Notes under the pieces: generated by a model
Databases searched by the model: none
What the model saw: the letters and a program-made list of their open reading frames with translations, nothing else
What the model was told of the DNA's origin: nothing
Source of the DNA: Squalus acanthias
Lineage: Eukaryota
Reading direction: 5' to 3'
Assembly (NCBI GenBank): GCA_030390025.1
Contig: CM059432.1
Span: 131,504,001-131,568,000, forward strand
Length of the DNA stretch: 64,000 bases
Position numbers and translations under genes: made by a program
Shown: piece after piece, positions 35,231 through 48,750 of the stretch
Layout: each line of letters begins with the position of its first letter
How positions within the stretch are numbered: position 1 is the stretch's first letter

Positions 35231-36711
35231 ATCCTTGTGCGTAGCTTGCTTCAGGGCCAGCGGCGAATGCCTTCACTTCGCTGCTGACTGCAAATTCCAG
35301 GCCACTGAGTCTGAAATCTGTGCCAGATCACAAACAATGCATGTTGGCCAACCATACCCAGGGGTAATGTATAGATCATTGTGTTTTTGCAGTTTTTTCC
35401 CTTTTCACTCACAAGTCTCACCTTGATTGGCACAAAACCATTCAAACAGTGTATATTAATAAGAGGCATAAATTAGAATACTTCCTCTCATGGAGATGCG
35501 TTTTGATGTTTTTTTGTTTAAACTTTTGCGTATGATGAATACTTTACCTTGAAAATTCTTCTCCCCAAAGTTACGCTCTCTTAAACCCTCAAATCAAAAG
35601 ATACTTTTTTTTTCTGTCTCTGTTTTCTCTCTCTCTTAATCCAATCTTTCTATCCCTCTCTTTATTTCTCTTTCAGTACCTGATTTGACATTGAATTCAC
35701 CCCCTTTGATTCACCATCCTTCTCAGTCATTCCATTGTTTATTTCCCAATCCTTAAATCTCATTGGTTAAGGAGATACCCTGTTGGTTGCCCTGTTCACT
35801 CAGGTCCCAGATGCCCTGTTTCCCGTTACCAGCTTGCACTTCCAGCAACTTTGTGGGCAAAAATGTTTTGAGCTGAAGGGTGCAGGGACAAGTCTAACTA
35901 ACACCAGACACCGTTAGATGCCCTGCTACAACAAAATCTGGCAAAAGTTCAACCAAAGCAAATTCAAAAATCAAACAATCATCAAACTACTCATTTACTT
36001 CAAATGAGAAATTTACCTTCTATCCTAGGCCCCCTCCTATTTCTCATCTACATGCTGCCCCTCGGTAACATCATCCAAGAACACGTCAGGTTCCACATGT
36101 ACGCTGACAACACCCAGCTCTACCTCACCACCACATCTCTCGACCTCTCACCTGTCTCTGATTTGTCACAATGCTCGTTCAACATCCAGTCCTGGATGAG
36201 CAGAAATTTCCTCCAACTAAATATTGGGGAGGCCCAAGCCATCGTCTTCGGTCCCCGCCACAAACTACGTTCCTCAGCCATCGACTCCGTCCCTCTCCCT
36301 GTCTGAGGATCAACCAAACCATATGCAACCTTGGTATCCTATTTGACCATGAGATGAGCTTCCAACCACATATCTACTCCATCAGCAACACCGCCTACTT
36401 CTACCTCTGTAACATTGCCCGTCTCTGCCCCCGCATCAGCTCATCTGCTGCTGATACCTTCAACCATGCCTTTGTAACCTCTGGACTTGACTATTCCAAT
36501 GCTGTCCTGGCCTCCTCCTATCTTCCACCCTCCATAAACTTGAACTCATCCAAAACTCTGCTGCCCGTATCCTAACTCGCACCGAGTCCCGTTCACCCAT
36601 GTGCTCACTAATCTTATAGCAAAATACTGCAGATGCTGGAAATCCGAAATAACAACAGAAAACGCTGGAAAAACTCAGCAGGCGAGGCAGCATCCGTAGA
36701 GAGAGAAACAG

Positions 36712-36748
36712 AGTTAACGTTTCAGGTCGAAGACCTTTCGTCAGAACT
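36712..36748 (-). ncRNA. Minimal type I hammerhead ribozyme motif in a Penelope-like repeat (about 36615-36830)
   Basis: - strand AGTT-CTGACGA-A-AGGTC-TTC-GACCT-GAAAC-GTT-AACT. Confidence 0.72.
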
Positions 36749-36842
36749 GGAAATCGCAGGAAATCAAATAGATTTATGGCAAGGATAAAGCTGGGAAAAG
36801 GGGGAGGGGATGAAAGAACAAAAGGAGAGATTAAGAGACATT

Positions 36843-37731
36843 GGGGGAGAAATTCAGTATCGCCCCATTTGGGGCGCAATTATCGGCCGGGCGCAAAGAT
36901 TAGCGCCTGGCGCTAATTATCGCCACCGACTGCAAACTTGACTTTTATCGCCCCTGGAGGTGATTGGAGCGCTAAATCAGGCGCTTCACACCTGTCTTAA
37001 GGCGCAAAGGCCGAGGAGCGAGGCGCTACCTCAGAGCGCTGGCGAAGCTCATGTAATGTCAGTCAGCAATGGAACACACACACAATGGCACGGGCCAGTT
37101 CTTAAAGGGGATGGTTAATCTTGCTTTCCATCCACATCCTGCTCATTGCAGCCTTGAATCTCGGCCTGGAGAGACCTGCACATCAAATCTGCTGGAAAGA
37201 ACAATGGAGAGTACCAGGCAAAGAGCTCAGAGTGCAGCCCCCACAGTCTCTTCTAAATCGATACAAGGAATGGCAAATCAAAATGGACCTGTAAAGTGCT
37301 GCTCAGTACCCAAAACTCCTTCACACAACGTTGAATCTCTCCAGAAGTCTCTCTCTCTCTCAGAATGCGTAGTTCAAAAATGGCACCAACAATAAAAGGC
37401 AGGAAGCGGTCACCTTTAAATAGCGCTCCCCCTTTCCCTTCATGACTGCAGAACGCTCCCCTCAACCTGTCGTTGCTAGCGTCAGGCGGTAAGGCAGGGG
37501 GCGCCACTCAATATCTGCTCCGGGGCGATACCGGGGCGTTGCGCACTCGACTGACGTCACGATCTGCCGGCGCAGGAGATCGTGGCGGTAGTGCTTAGCG
37601 CCGCCGCAAAATGTCTAGTTAATTTCGCGAGCGGCGCAATCTTCGCCGCGCCTGGGTGCTAGATGCTTTGCGCCCCATTAGCGCCCTCTTAAGGCGCTAA
37701 CAGGAGGCGCAACCAACTGAATTTTTCCCCC
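36843..37731. mobile_element. CpG-rich Harbinger-like MITE
   Basis: TIRs GGGGGAGAAATTCAG...CTGAATTTTTCCCCC; TSD ATT. Confidence 0.8.
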
Positions 37732-39819
37732 ATTAAGAGATATTCAAGAGATCTTCATTGGCTACCAATCTGGCAACACCTCAATTTTAAAATTCTCATC
37801 CTCATTTTCAAATCCCTCCATGGCCTGGCCCCTCCACATCTCTGCAATGTCCTTCAGCCCTACAACCCTCCAAGATCTCTGCGCTCCTCTAATTCTGGCC
37901 TTTTGTGCATCCTCGATTTGAATCGCTCCACCATTGGTGGCTGTGCCTTCAGCTGCCTAGGCCCTACGTTCTGGAATTCCCTCCATAAACCTCTCAGCCT
38001 CTCCACCTCTCTCTCCTCCTTTAAGACACTCCTTAGAACCTACCTCTTTGACCAAGCTTTTAGTAACGCTCTTGTGAAGCGCCATGGGATGTTTTACTAC
38101 ATTAAAGCCGCTATATAAATGAAAGTTGTTGTTGTTAAAATACGAACATACGAATAGGACAGGAAAAGAACAACTGATCCATTCAGGCTTTTCCATAAAT
38201 TGGAAATTAAGGTCTCCTAATGTTAATTTTGGGTTGTGAAGATTAGCAAAAGGTAAATCCTTTTTAAATTGAGATGATGCTAATTAATACGGACTCAAAT
38301 TGCCCACATTTAAACACAAACATAAGTTGCTGACTTATAATTCATAACAAATAATGATTATGAGTTTGGCTTTGACATAATGGAGATGCATTATTTGATT
38401 TTCCATGAGTCTCACAATGTAAGGAATTTCTTCACAATCTCACTGACAATATCTAAATTTTCTGTTTCTTATTGCTTCAATTACTTTAATGCTTAGAAAT
38501 TCTGCCTTGTGTTAAAAGTATAAAAAGCAAAAATCAATCCAATAACACTTGCAAATACCAACTTCTGTACATAATATCCAAGAAAAATTGTGCTGTAAGC
38601 AGGAGATTGGGGTGGTGCTGGGCTATAGTTGGGATTTAGTCCAACTTTGGGCTGGGCTTGAGTTTGGGTTTGGTCCACGTTCGGGCTGGGCTACAGTTGG
38701 GGTTTGGTTTTCTTTTCTTCATCTTATCATTTCCTTGAAATGAACAAATAGAATTTGGCAGTTTTGAATATATTTGCTGAATTATTAACTCTTCAATCCA
38801 CAGTGGTATAAATAAATAGTACGTTAGTGTGCAGTCAGCATTATATTCTCTATCTGTTTCTTCATTAAATGGGTTCCCTGAGTAATGCACTAACTCAGCC
38901 AAGAGAACAGATAGCTGATTCATTCCCAGGTTTCTGCCGATAACATCTGCATTAACTACTAGGCAGGCACATTAAACTGGCTTGGAGATGATTCTTACAA
39001 GCAAAACTGCATTACAACTATTTCTGATGTAGACATAGACACAATACTGTTTCTGGATTTCTCTTTGTAAATTATAATACATGTAACACCTATTTCTGTG
39101 GGATTTTTTTTGTTCCAAAATTTGACTGGATAAAAACCAACTTGAGATGACACTTGGAGATTTCACAAATTCAAACCCAACCAAACAGAAATCTCTGCAT
39201 GGGTGGGGTAGGGTTTTTAGTTTGAAGTGGGAGGGTGTGGATAGGGTGATGAAGGGAGTTAGTCAAAATGATTTCTTAGTGACAGGAAATTGGATTTCAA
39301 GACAAAATAAAGTGCTTCACATTTCCACCAAAACTTGCATACACCCAACTGAGTAATGCTTGGCATTAAAAGTGTAAATTAAAAATGAAGAACTTCTTGT
39401 TCATCTCTGTCATTGGCCTAAAACTCTTGATTGCCAAGAAATTATACTGAAAGTTTATTTTGCAAAACTAGTAACACAGGCATCAATATATTAGCGAAAG
39501 CAAGTTAAACTGGGACTATTTTGAACTGACCATTGAGCGGCACTGGGGTAACCACCTGAACAAAAAGATCCCTACAAGTGCCCCATTAAGGAAGAGGGAA
39601 GCACTAATACACGAAAAACATAGATGGTTTGTCCAAACTAAAATACGTGCAAAGGTAAAACTGAAACTAAATCCTAATATTTTTTTCACCGATTATAAAC
39701 ATCTTGTGGTGCCCACCAGCCAAGACAGCCTCAAGTGTACCGGTGGACACCACGTGATCCCACTCCAGGACCAACTGGCCACGGAAGGAAAGCAAGTAAT
39801 CGAGTTACATCATCGAGTT

Positions 39820-40330
39820 ACATCAAGTTTACAGCACAGAAACGGGCCATTCGGCCCAACTGGTCTATGTCGCGTTTATACTCCACACGAGCCTCCTCCC
39901 ACCCCTCTTCATCTAACCCTATCAGCACAATCTTCTATTCCTTTCTCCACCGTGTTTATCTAGCTGCCCCTTAAATGTATCTAAACTCTTCACCTCAACT
40001 ACTTCTTGGGGCAGCACGTTCCACATTCTCACCACTCTCTGGGTAAAGAAGATTCCCCTGAATTCCATACTGGATTTATTACTGACTATCTTATATTTAT
40101 GGCTCCTAATTTTGGTCTCCCCCACAAATGGAAAGATTTTCTCCATGTTTACCCTATTGAACCCTTTCATTATCTTAAAGACCGCTATCAGGTCACTCCT
40201 CAGCCTTCTCTTTTCCAGAAAAAGAGCCCCAGCCTGTTCAGTCTTTTATGATAGTTAGAACCTTTCAGTTCTGGTATCATATTTGTGAATCTTTTTTGCA
40301 CCTTCTCTAATGACTTTATATCCTTTTTAT
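39820..40330 (-). mobile_element. CR1 LINE 3' fragment
   Basis: ORF 39922-40170 FFTQRVVRMWN; same family as 22110-22866. Confidence 0.85.
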
Positions 40331-40616
40331 AAGATGCAGCCTGGGCCTATGCTTAACTGGGTAGTGCAGTGCAATAAGGAATATTTTGTTTAACTCAGTG
40401 CTGTTGATTGCTGATGGGCAGGTCTCTGTCAGATGACAACTTTTTAAACATACTGTGATGTTATCCCAAGAGCTGGCGGCAGTGCAGATCCAGAATTTTG
40501 CTTCCTTCCTAGTTTCCCCAGCACTGAGTTATGCCGTGTTTTGGAATGATTTGGGGCCACACCTCATGCATAATTGTTCTGTGATATGCACACATGTGAT
40601 TTTCTTGCACGACAAT

Positions 40617-43600
40617 GAACATAAGAAATAGGAACAGGAGTAGGCCATTTGGCTCCTTGGGCCTGCTCCACCATTCAATAAGATCATGGCTGATCTTCTA
40701 CCTCAACTCCACTTTCCTGCACTATCCCCATATCCCCTGATTCCCTTAATATCTAAAAATCTATCGATCTCTGTCTTGAATATACTCAACGACTGAGCCT
40801 CCACAGCCCTCTGGGGTAGAGAATTCCAAACATTCACCACCCTCTGAGTGAAGAAATTTCTCCTCATCTCAGTCCTAAATGGCTGACCCCTTATTCTGAG
40901 ACTGTGACCCCTGGTTCTAGACTCCCCAGCCAGGGGAAACATCCTCCCTGCATCTACCCTGTCAAGCCCTGTAAGAATTTTATATCTTTCAATGAGATCC
41001 CCTCTCATTCTTCTAAACTCTAGAGAATATAGGCCTAGGCTCCTCAATCTCTCCTCATAGGACAATCCCCCCCATCCCAGGAATCAGTCTGGTGAACCAT
41101 CGTTGCACTCCCTCTATGGCAAGTATATCCTTCCTTAGGTAAGGAGACCAAAACTGTACACAATACTCCAGGAGTGGTCTCACCAGGGCCCTATATAATT
41201 GCAGTAAGACGTCTTTACTCTTATACTCAAATCCTCTTGTAATAAAGGCCAACATACCATTTGGTTTCCTAATTGTTTGCTGTACCTGCATATTAACTTT
41301 TAGTGATTCGTGTACAAGGACACCCAGGTCCCTCTGAACACCAACATTTCCCAATCTCTCACCATTTAAAAAATACTCTGCTTTTCTATTTTTCCTATCA
41401 AAGTGGATAACTTCACATTTCTCCACATTATATTCCATTTGCCATGTTCTAGCCCACTCACTTAGCCTGTCTATATCCCCTTGAAGCCTCTTTGCATCCT
41501 CCTCACAACTTACATTCCCACCCAGCTTTGTATCATCAGCAAACTTGGATATATTACATTTGGTCACCTCATCCAAATCATTGATATAGATTGTGAATAG
41601 CTGAGGCCCCAGCACTGATCCTTGCGGTACCCCACTAGTTACAGCCTGCCAACTCGAAAATGACCCGTTTATTCCTACTCTCTGTTTTCTGTCCGTTAAC
41701 CAATCTGCATTACTCCCAATCCTCTGAGCCCTAATTTTGTTTACTAACCTCTTGTGTGGCACCTTATCAAATGCCTTCTGAAAATCAAAATATACCACAT
41801 CCACTGGTTTCCCCCTTATCTATTCTGCTAGTTACAACCTCAGAAAACTCTAACAGATTCGTCAAACACGATTTCCCTTTTATAAATCCGTGTTGACTCT
41901 GCCCAATCCGATTATTATTTTCTAAGTGCCCTGTTACCACGTCCTTAATAATAGATTCCAGCATTTTCCCTACTACTGATGTCAGGCTAACTGGTCTGTA
42001 GTTCCCCGTTTTCTCTCTCCCTCCTTTCGTAAATAGTGGGGTTACATTTGCTACCTTCCAATCTGCGGAAACCGTTCTAGAATCTATGGAATTTTGGAAA
42101 ATGACAACCAATGCATCACTATCTCTATAGCCACCTCTTTCAAAACCCTAGGATGTAGGCCATCAGGTCCAGGGGATTTATTGGCTTTCAGTCCCATTAA
42201 TTTCTCCAGTACAATTTTTTTACTAATAATAATTTCTTTCAGTTCCTCATTCTCGCTAGACCCTTGGTTCTCCACTATTTCTGAGAGGTTTTTTGCCTCT
42301 TCTTCCGTGAAGACAGACACAAAGTATTTGTTTAATTTCTCTGTCATTTCCTTATTCCCCATTATAATTTCTCCTGTTTCAGCCTGTAAGGGACCCACAT
42401 TTACTTTGGCTTATCTTTTCCTTTTTACATACCTATAGAAGCTTTTACAGTCTGTTTTTATGTCTCTCCCTAGTTTACTCTCATATTCTATTTTCCCTTT
42501 CTTTATCAATTTCTTGGTCCTCTTTTGCTGAATTTTAAAATCCTCCCAATCCTCAGGCTTACTACTCTTTTTGGCAACATTATAAGCCTCTTCCTTTGAT
42601 CTAATACTATCTTTAACTTCTCTTGTTAGCCACAGTTGGACCACTTTCCCCTGTGGGGTTTATGTGCCTTAAAGGAATGTATATTGTAAATTATGTATTA
42701 ATTCTTTAAATGCTAGCCATTGCTTGTCTACCATCAGACCTTTTTATGAAGTTTCCCAATCTACCTTAGCCAACTCACCCCTCATACTGCGTAGTTTGCT
42801 TTGTTTAGATTTAAGACACTAGTTTCAGATTTAACTAAATCACTTTCAAACTCAATATAAAATTCTATCATATTATGGTCACTCTTCCCTAAAGGCCCCT
42901 TTACTACAAGGTTATTAATTAACCCTTTCTCGTTGCACAATACTAGATCTAAAATAGCCTGTTCCCTAGTTGGTTCCTCAACATTCTGATCTAGAAAACT
43001 ATCTTGCATACATTTCATGAATTCGTCCTCCACACTATTACTGCAAATTTGGTTTGCCCAGTCTAAATATAGATTAAAGTCCCCCATAATTACTGAATTA
43101 CCCTTGTTACATGCGCCTCTAATTTCATGATTTATACTCTGCCCTACATTACAACTACTGTTTGGGGGCCTATAAACAACTCCCATCAATGTTTTCTACC
43201 CCTTGCTGTTTCTTAGCTCCACCCAAACTGTTTCTACTTCTTGATTTTCGGAGCTAAAATCCTTCCTCTCTACTGTCTTTATCCCATCCTTTATTATCAG
43301 AGCTACCTCTTCTCCTTTTCCATTTTGCCTATCTCTTCTAAAAGTTAAGAATCCTGAAATATTTAGTTCCCAACCTTGGCCACATTGCAACCACGTCTCC
43401 GTAATGGCTATTAGAGCAAACCTATTAATTTCTATCTACGCTATTTATTCATCTATTTTGTTGCGAATGCTTCGCGCATTCAGATATAGTGCCTTTAGCT
43501 TTGACTTATTTCTATTTTTCCCTGATGTCACCTTAGTCACTGACGCTTTTTTGCCTTTGTTACTCTCTCTGTCCCTTGCTGACCCATTCTGCTTATTTTT

Positions 43601-44010
43601 ACCCAAAACTCTACTCTGCTCTAGAGCCTTGACATTTCTCTCGCTGCTTGAAAATGTACTCTTTCCTGAATCCTCCCACCCCCCCTTCATTATTTTAAAG
43701 CCCTGTCTACTGCCCCAGTTATTCGGTTCACCAGGACACTGGTCCCAGCCCGGTTTAAGTGGAGCCCGTCCCAACGGAACAGCTCCCTCTTTCCCCAGTT
43801 CCGGTGCCAGTGCCCTATGAACTGAAACCCCTTACTCCCACACTACTCTTTGAGCCATGCATTTAAACCTCTAATCTGTTTGTCCCTATGCCAATTTGCA
43901 CGTGGCTCAGGTAACAATCCAGAGATTATTACCTTTGAGGTTCTGCTTTTTAATTTGGATCCTAGCTCCTCAAACTCCCTCAGCAGAACCTCATTCCTAA
44001 TTCTACCTAT
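40617..44010 (-). mobile_element. Long CR1 LINE: end of ORF1 (SGNH esterase-like) plus degraded ORF2
   Basis: APE and RT fragments 40703-43520; - strand near 43740-43785 reads LFRWDGLHLNRAGT (DGLH motif of CR1 ORF1 esterases). Confidence 0.9.
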
Positions 44011-44530
44011 GTGTGCTCAGTTACATGATCTCTGTTTCCGACACCATGCTTGACAGTGCAGGAGATGAGAAAATAATCAGGTTACAGAGCAAATGAAAAC
44101 ATTGGGACCAACACAACTGAAATGAGAAATGAGAGGACATATATACAGGAGGAAAACAGTTAACAGAATTGAGAAGGACATAATTCAGAGGACAAATTTG
44201 AAACTTTAAAAACAATTAAAAGAAAATGTAATGAGAAAGGAAAAGTGAAAAAAATGCATTAGTGAAAATGTGACCCAAAAATCAGCAACGTAGGGGAAAG
44301 GAATCCAAAAGCAATAAGGATCAGCAAGAGTCACACAAAGAAGAACATAAGGCTCATAGTCCCACTTGTTTGTTGTTTCAGATGTGCAATAAAATTAAAT
44401 TGCCTGTTTAATTCTGGAATCAGATCCTGTAGGAAAGTGACCTAAAAAGTGATTTTTTTAAGTGGCCCAAAAAAAAGGATATTTATACTATAAATTCCGA
44501 GAGCAAAGGATAAAAGATTATACTTTTGAT

Positions 44531-44971
44531 ACATAGAAACTAGGAGCAGGAGTAGGCCATTCGGCCCGTCAAGCTTGCTCCACCATTCAATACGATCATG
44601 GCTGATCATCCAAATCCAGCACCCTGTCCCTGCCCCCTCACACAGAATCCCCATCGAGCCTGCACCGACACATATCCCACCCTATCCCCGTAACCCCACG
44701 TATTTAATTCCCCCTAACATATCCCATCCTATCCCCGTAACCCCACATATTTAATCCCCCCCTAACACTAAGGGTCAATTTATCATAGCCAAATCAACCT
44801 AACCCGCACATTTTTGGACTGTGGGAGGAAACCGGAGCACCCGGAGGAAACCCACACAGACACGGGGAGAATGTGCAAACTCCACACAGACAGTCACCCA
44901 AGGCCAGATTCGAACCCAGGTCCCTGGCGCTGTGAGGCACCAGTGCTAACCACTATGCCACCGTGTTGCCC
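44531..44971 (-). mobile_element. Full-length HE1/V-SINE-like tRNA-derived SINE
   Basis: Head gggcaacacggtggcatagtggttagcact...gggttcgaatc; V-domain tgtgtggagtttgcacattctccccgtgtctg...gggtttcctccgggtgctccggtttcctcccacagtccaaa; CR1-type tail. Confidence 0.85.
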
Positions 44972-45653
44972 ACACAAATGGGAGAAGATTTTGGGTATAA
45001 GCCCAAAAGGTATGTTGGAAAAGAAAGGCTTTATTTGGAAGATTGAGAGCATTTTGTCTGATGGAGTCAAACATTTAAAATTTATCATACTGTTATGTAA
45101 CAGTTCAAGTCTCTGTTAGCAAAGAGACAGAAATGAGAAATTAGGCACAGTCCAGATATTACAGCGCTTGCAGGGTTCAATATACCAGAAGATGACAACC
45201 CAAAAGTGGAGAAATATGATGAACACAGGTGGCGATTAATTCCTACAATGTCCCCAGAGGTGAATATGAGTGTTCTAGAGGAGGTGGATCGTCCAACTCT
45301 ACAACAACCAGTGTGGTAGGATGAGGTATAAAGCTAATAGCTTATCAGCAATATGCCGAAATAGAACTTTAAATGTACCTGGACATCCTTGTCATTCAAA
45401 GCTGTTAGCCTATCAGCTACAGGAATCTAACATTAAAATAGCCTGGCTAACTTTACAGTAATCTCAGACATTTAATTTAACTTTCTCCTGTATGAAGTCA
45501 AGAAAAGTGATGTTGAGTTATTATAATAGTTATTACTGTATTCACCCTGTAATGATTTAAATTTTGCCAGTTGATAACTTCAGCAAGAAAAGGTTAACTC
45601 ATTCACAATAGTGAATTGCATCCCCAAAAGAGATTGGCTTAGTTTATGTAAAT

Positions 45654-46110
45654 GAAAGAAAGACTTGCATTTATATAGCGCCTTTCACGACCACCAGACA
45701 TCGCAAAGCACTTTACAGCCAATAAAGTACTTTTGAAGTGTAGTCACTGTTGTAATGTAGCAGCCAATTTGTGCACAGCAGGATCCCACAAACAGCAATG
45801 TGATAATGACCAGATAATCTGTTTTTGTTATGTTGATTGAGGGATAAACATTGGCTAGAACACCAGGGACAACTCCCTGCTCTTCTTCGAAATAGTGCCA
45901 TGGGATCTTTTACATCCACCTGAGAGAGCAGATGGGGCCTCGGTTTAACGTCTCATCTGAAAGACTGCACCCTCTGACAGTACAGCACTCCCTCAGCACT
46001 GCGCTGGAGTGTCAGCCTAGATTTTTGTACTATAAGTCCCATGGAGTGGGATTATGAACCCACGCCCTTCTGACTCAAAGGCGAGTGTGCTACCCACTGA
46101 GCCACAGCTG
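45654..46110 (-). mobile_element. Full-length DeuSINE (SacSINE1-like)
   Basis: tRNA-like head ctgtggctcagtgggtagcac; Deu-domain-like core gatgagacgttaaaccgaggcccc...gtaaaagatcccatggcactatt; L2-like tail. Partial copies at 7190, 22915, 49236 and 57709. Confidence 0.8.
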
Positions 46111-48139
46111 AGAGTGTGAATATACTCTAAACTGGTGAATGCAATACAGTTTGGAAGTGAGCCGGAAGCCTTATGGTATATTTTCAGTCAGTTTTGTGAC
46201 ATGGAATTGAAGTTTATGGAATTCTCCCGATACCCTATGATTAATATCCCTTACATAGCAGCATTGCAATTTCAATCCTGTTCTGACTCCAGATCACAGT
46301 AAAATCAAAGCAGAGTGAGATCTGCCCCAGAGGTCAGTTTAGGTTCGTCATCAAACGAAGTATAATTCCAGTCCGTGACTGTGGCCTCTGTCTTAAATAC
46401 CCATCGATTTCCTTTTGTGCGTTTGTCAGTTTTTTTTTTCCTCATCAAGATTTCAGGACCCATTGTGGGGAAATGTTGACAGTATCTAGCTCATTATCAC
46501 AGATCGGGTGCAGTTTCTGAGTGGCAGCAGGACCTCCAGGACTTTAGAACAGAGCCATGGTAAATATTCAGAAACTGTGCTCAAGCCCTGTTCTATCCAT
46601 AAGCAATGTAATGGAAAGTCCACTAGGAATGGAAAAGGGACCGTAGACCCTGGAAAGCAGGTACAAATCTAATCCAAAATCATGGGATGAAAATCACCTC
46701 TGTTTGCCGATGGTAAAAATTCTACTTTAAATGAGTTTAATCAGTCTCAATGCAGTTCGAAGTGGGGTTGGGTGCACAGGACAAAACTTGGCACTAACTT
46801 ACCAAATCTCACTCCGAGAGGCTGCAGGATGGCTGGCATGGACAATGGAATGATGTAGAGTACACACTTCTGAGACTAGGGTTGAGGAACTGGGGCAGAT
46901 TATTACATATAAATTATTACACAGTTCGGCCCAACCAGTCCCTGTTGGTGTTTATCCTCCACAGAGTAGAATGACCTTTATTCTCCATCTAACCAAACTC
47001 TATCCTATATTTGACATGAGAATGTGTGATACTGACATTAGGAGCCGGAAGTGGAAAAACTTCCATTGTGTAGCATTAACAGTCTTCAGACTGAAGAGCT
47101 CAAACTTCATTTCTGTTGTTGTTTCATTTTTTAAAGCTTGTTTTTATTTTCAAAGAAAGGTTACGTCTTCCCCATCTTCACTTTAAAACGGTTTGGTTGT
47201 TTGCACGCCTCTGCGTAAAACCGGTGATGGGGAAGGGCATGCAGACTTAAAAACAAGAAATAAGTTAAAACACGTTCGGCCTCACTCCACCCAGTGAATA
47301 TCGCTGCAAAAAGTGGGCAGTCTGGTTCAACCAGTGGTTTTAGGCATGTGGTAGTTTCGGCGATCTCAGTTTTCACGATCAAAGGAAGTGAACAAATTAT
47401 TCTTAGTGCAATACCATACGCTTTTCAGTGTAAAAAAAAACTTCCAACGTCTAACAACCTTCATTCCATCTGAAAGATTGGATTAACTATTCCAGAAACG
47501 CGTTACCCTTTATTGTCGTTGTATTATTTAGTGTTGTGAGATTAATTACATTACGAATACACAAAGCCTGTTTCAGATTAAATCCCAGTTGATCAAAGGC
47601 TATGATCAATTTTCGGAAGCGAGTTTTTCATCGCCCTACTTACTACCTCACTTCCACTTGATAAACAAAAATCAAAAAAAATCTGTATACTTAAGAGCAA
47701 AGCAGCGGAAACTTCAACAATCGGCTTCAAATCGATATTAAATATTATGCGAAATATAAATCGCATGGAAAGTTTCAATTTCCAGTCTTCAATGAGCTGG
47801 AGCCCAACTTTGGTCCATTAAATAGTTTTTCATTGACGAGAGTGCAATGGAAGCCTAAAATAAATACTTTTGCTATTTCACAAAGTACAGCGCTGGCTTC
47901 GGTTTAATATTTACACACTAATCGCTTTACTTTCCAGCGAAAGTAGGCATTTTTTAATAGGAGCAGCCGCAGTGCCTCTTTTAAACCAAACATCACGATA
48001 AAAAAAAAACCTCAACTTGGACAACTATCACCCAAATCTAACTCCAACAAATAATGCTTCTTATTAATGCTCCACCTGGTTAAAAACAAAAAGGTGGTTT
48101 GATCTTTATCTCATTTATAAAAAAATACACACCCTAGAC

Positions 48140-48750
48140 TTTGTTGCCAGAGGGCAACAGGCGTGGCAGGCTTGGGAAGAGAGAGGCCAGGCGGCTATTA
48201 CTCAGGTGTGGGCGGTTGCTGAGGGTGGAACCTTGTTGCGCCCAACATTGGGGGCGGAGGCCTTGGAGCCAAAGGGGAATTCTTTCTGTAATTTGCTTAC
48301 AGTGTCGCGGGAAGGCGCAGAGGCAGCGGATCGCCCCCCCTTGTGCTGCTCCTCCCGTTTCCCTGTAATCGGCTGGATTTTTCAATATATAGAAGTACAG
48401 TGAGCTGGTTTTATCTGAAGAGTACTTTGTGTGGAGAGGAGCAGCGCCGCCGCCATGAGTTTGCACGGCTCGCAGACGGCGTTGAACCGGCGCTCGGTGA
48501 CGGACCGTCATTACGTCGTCAATTCGCCCGGCAACTTCTCCACCCGCAGCGACGGGGGAGACGTGTTCTTGCAGCGGGAGTTCGGAGGAAGCGACGCGCA
48601 CCTGCTGCCCGGACAGATGTACAGCGGAGTAGGAAGTAATGAGCTTCTGCGAAGCCCTCAGAGCCGAACGATGTCTTTCCAGAGGACCGTGCGGCCAGCA
48701 GAAACCCGGGGCAGCGACTTTGTCGAAACCACCTACTACTCCGGGTAAAT
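48140..48750 (+). promoter_or_regulatory. CpG island / DSP promoter and exon 1
   Basis: High CpG density in non-repeat DNA; GC box GGGGCGGAG near 48251; TATA-like ATATATA near 48386; Kozak GCCGCCGCCATG. Confidence 0.75.
48455..48744 (+). CDS. DSP: Desmoplakin coding exon 1
   Basis: Strong Kozak ATG; MSLHGSQTALNRRS...TTYYSG; donor GG|GTAAAT, phase 2, compatible with exon 2. Confidence 0.85.

Larger units (their letters stand above)
23348..35303. mobile_element. Harbinger-like MITE (about 780 bp of its own sequence) hosting the ERV and a LINE
   Basis: TIRs GGCCCGGAATTTG...CAAATTCCAGGCC; 3-bp TSD ACT (23345-23347 and 35304-35306); own pieces 23348-23488, 32157-32729, 35237-35303. Confidence 0.8.
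36020..38135 (+). mobile_element. L2 LINE 3' portion interrupted by a Penelope-like repeat and a MITE
   Basis: ILGPLLFLIYMLPLG...HMYADNTQLY; L2 3' end near 38110. Confidence 0.8.

Noticed and set aside
44900..44971. tRNA gene (also 16003-16090 and 46040-46110)
   Set aside because: These are SINE heads continuous with SINE bodies; no complete cloverleaf is evident.
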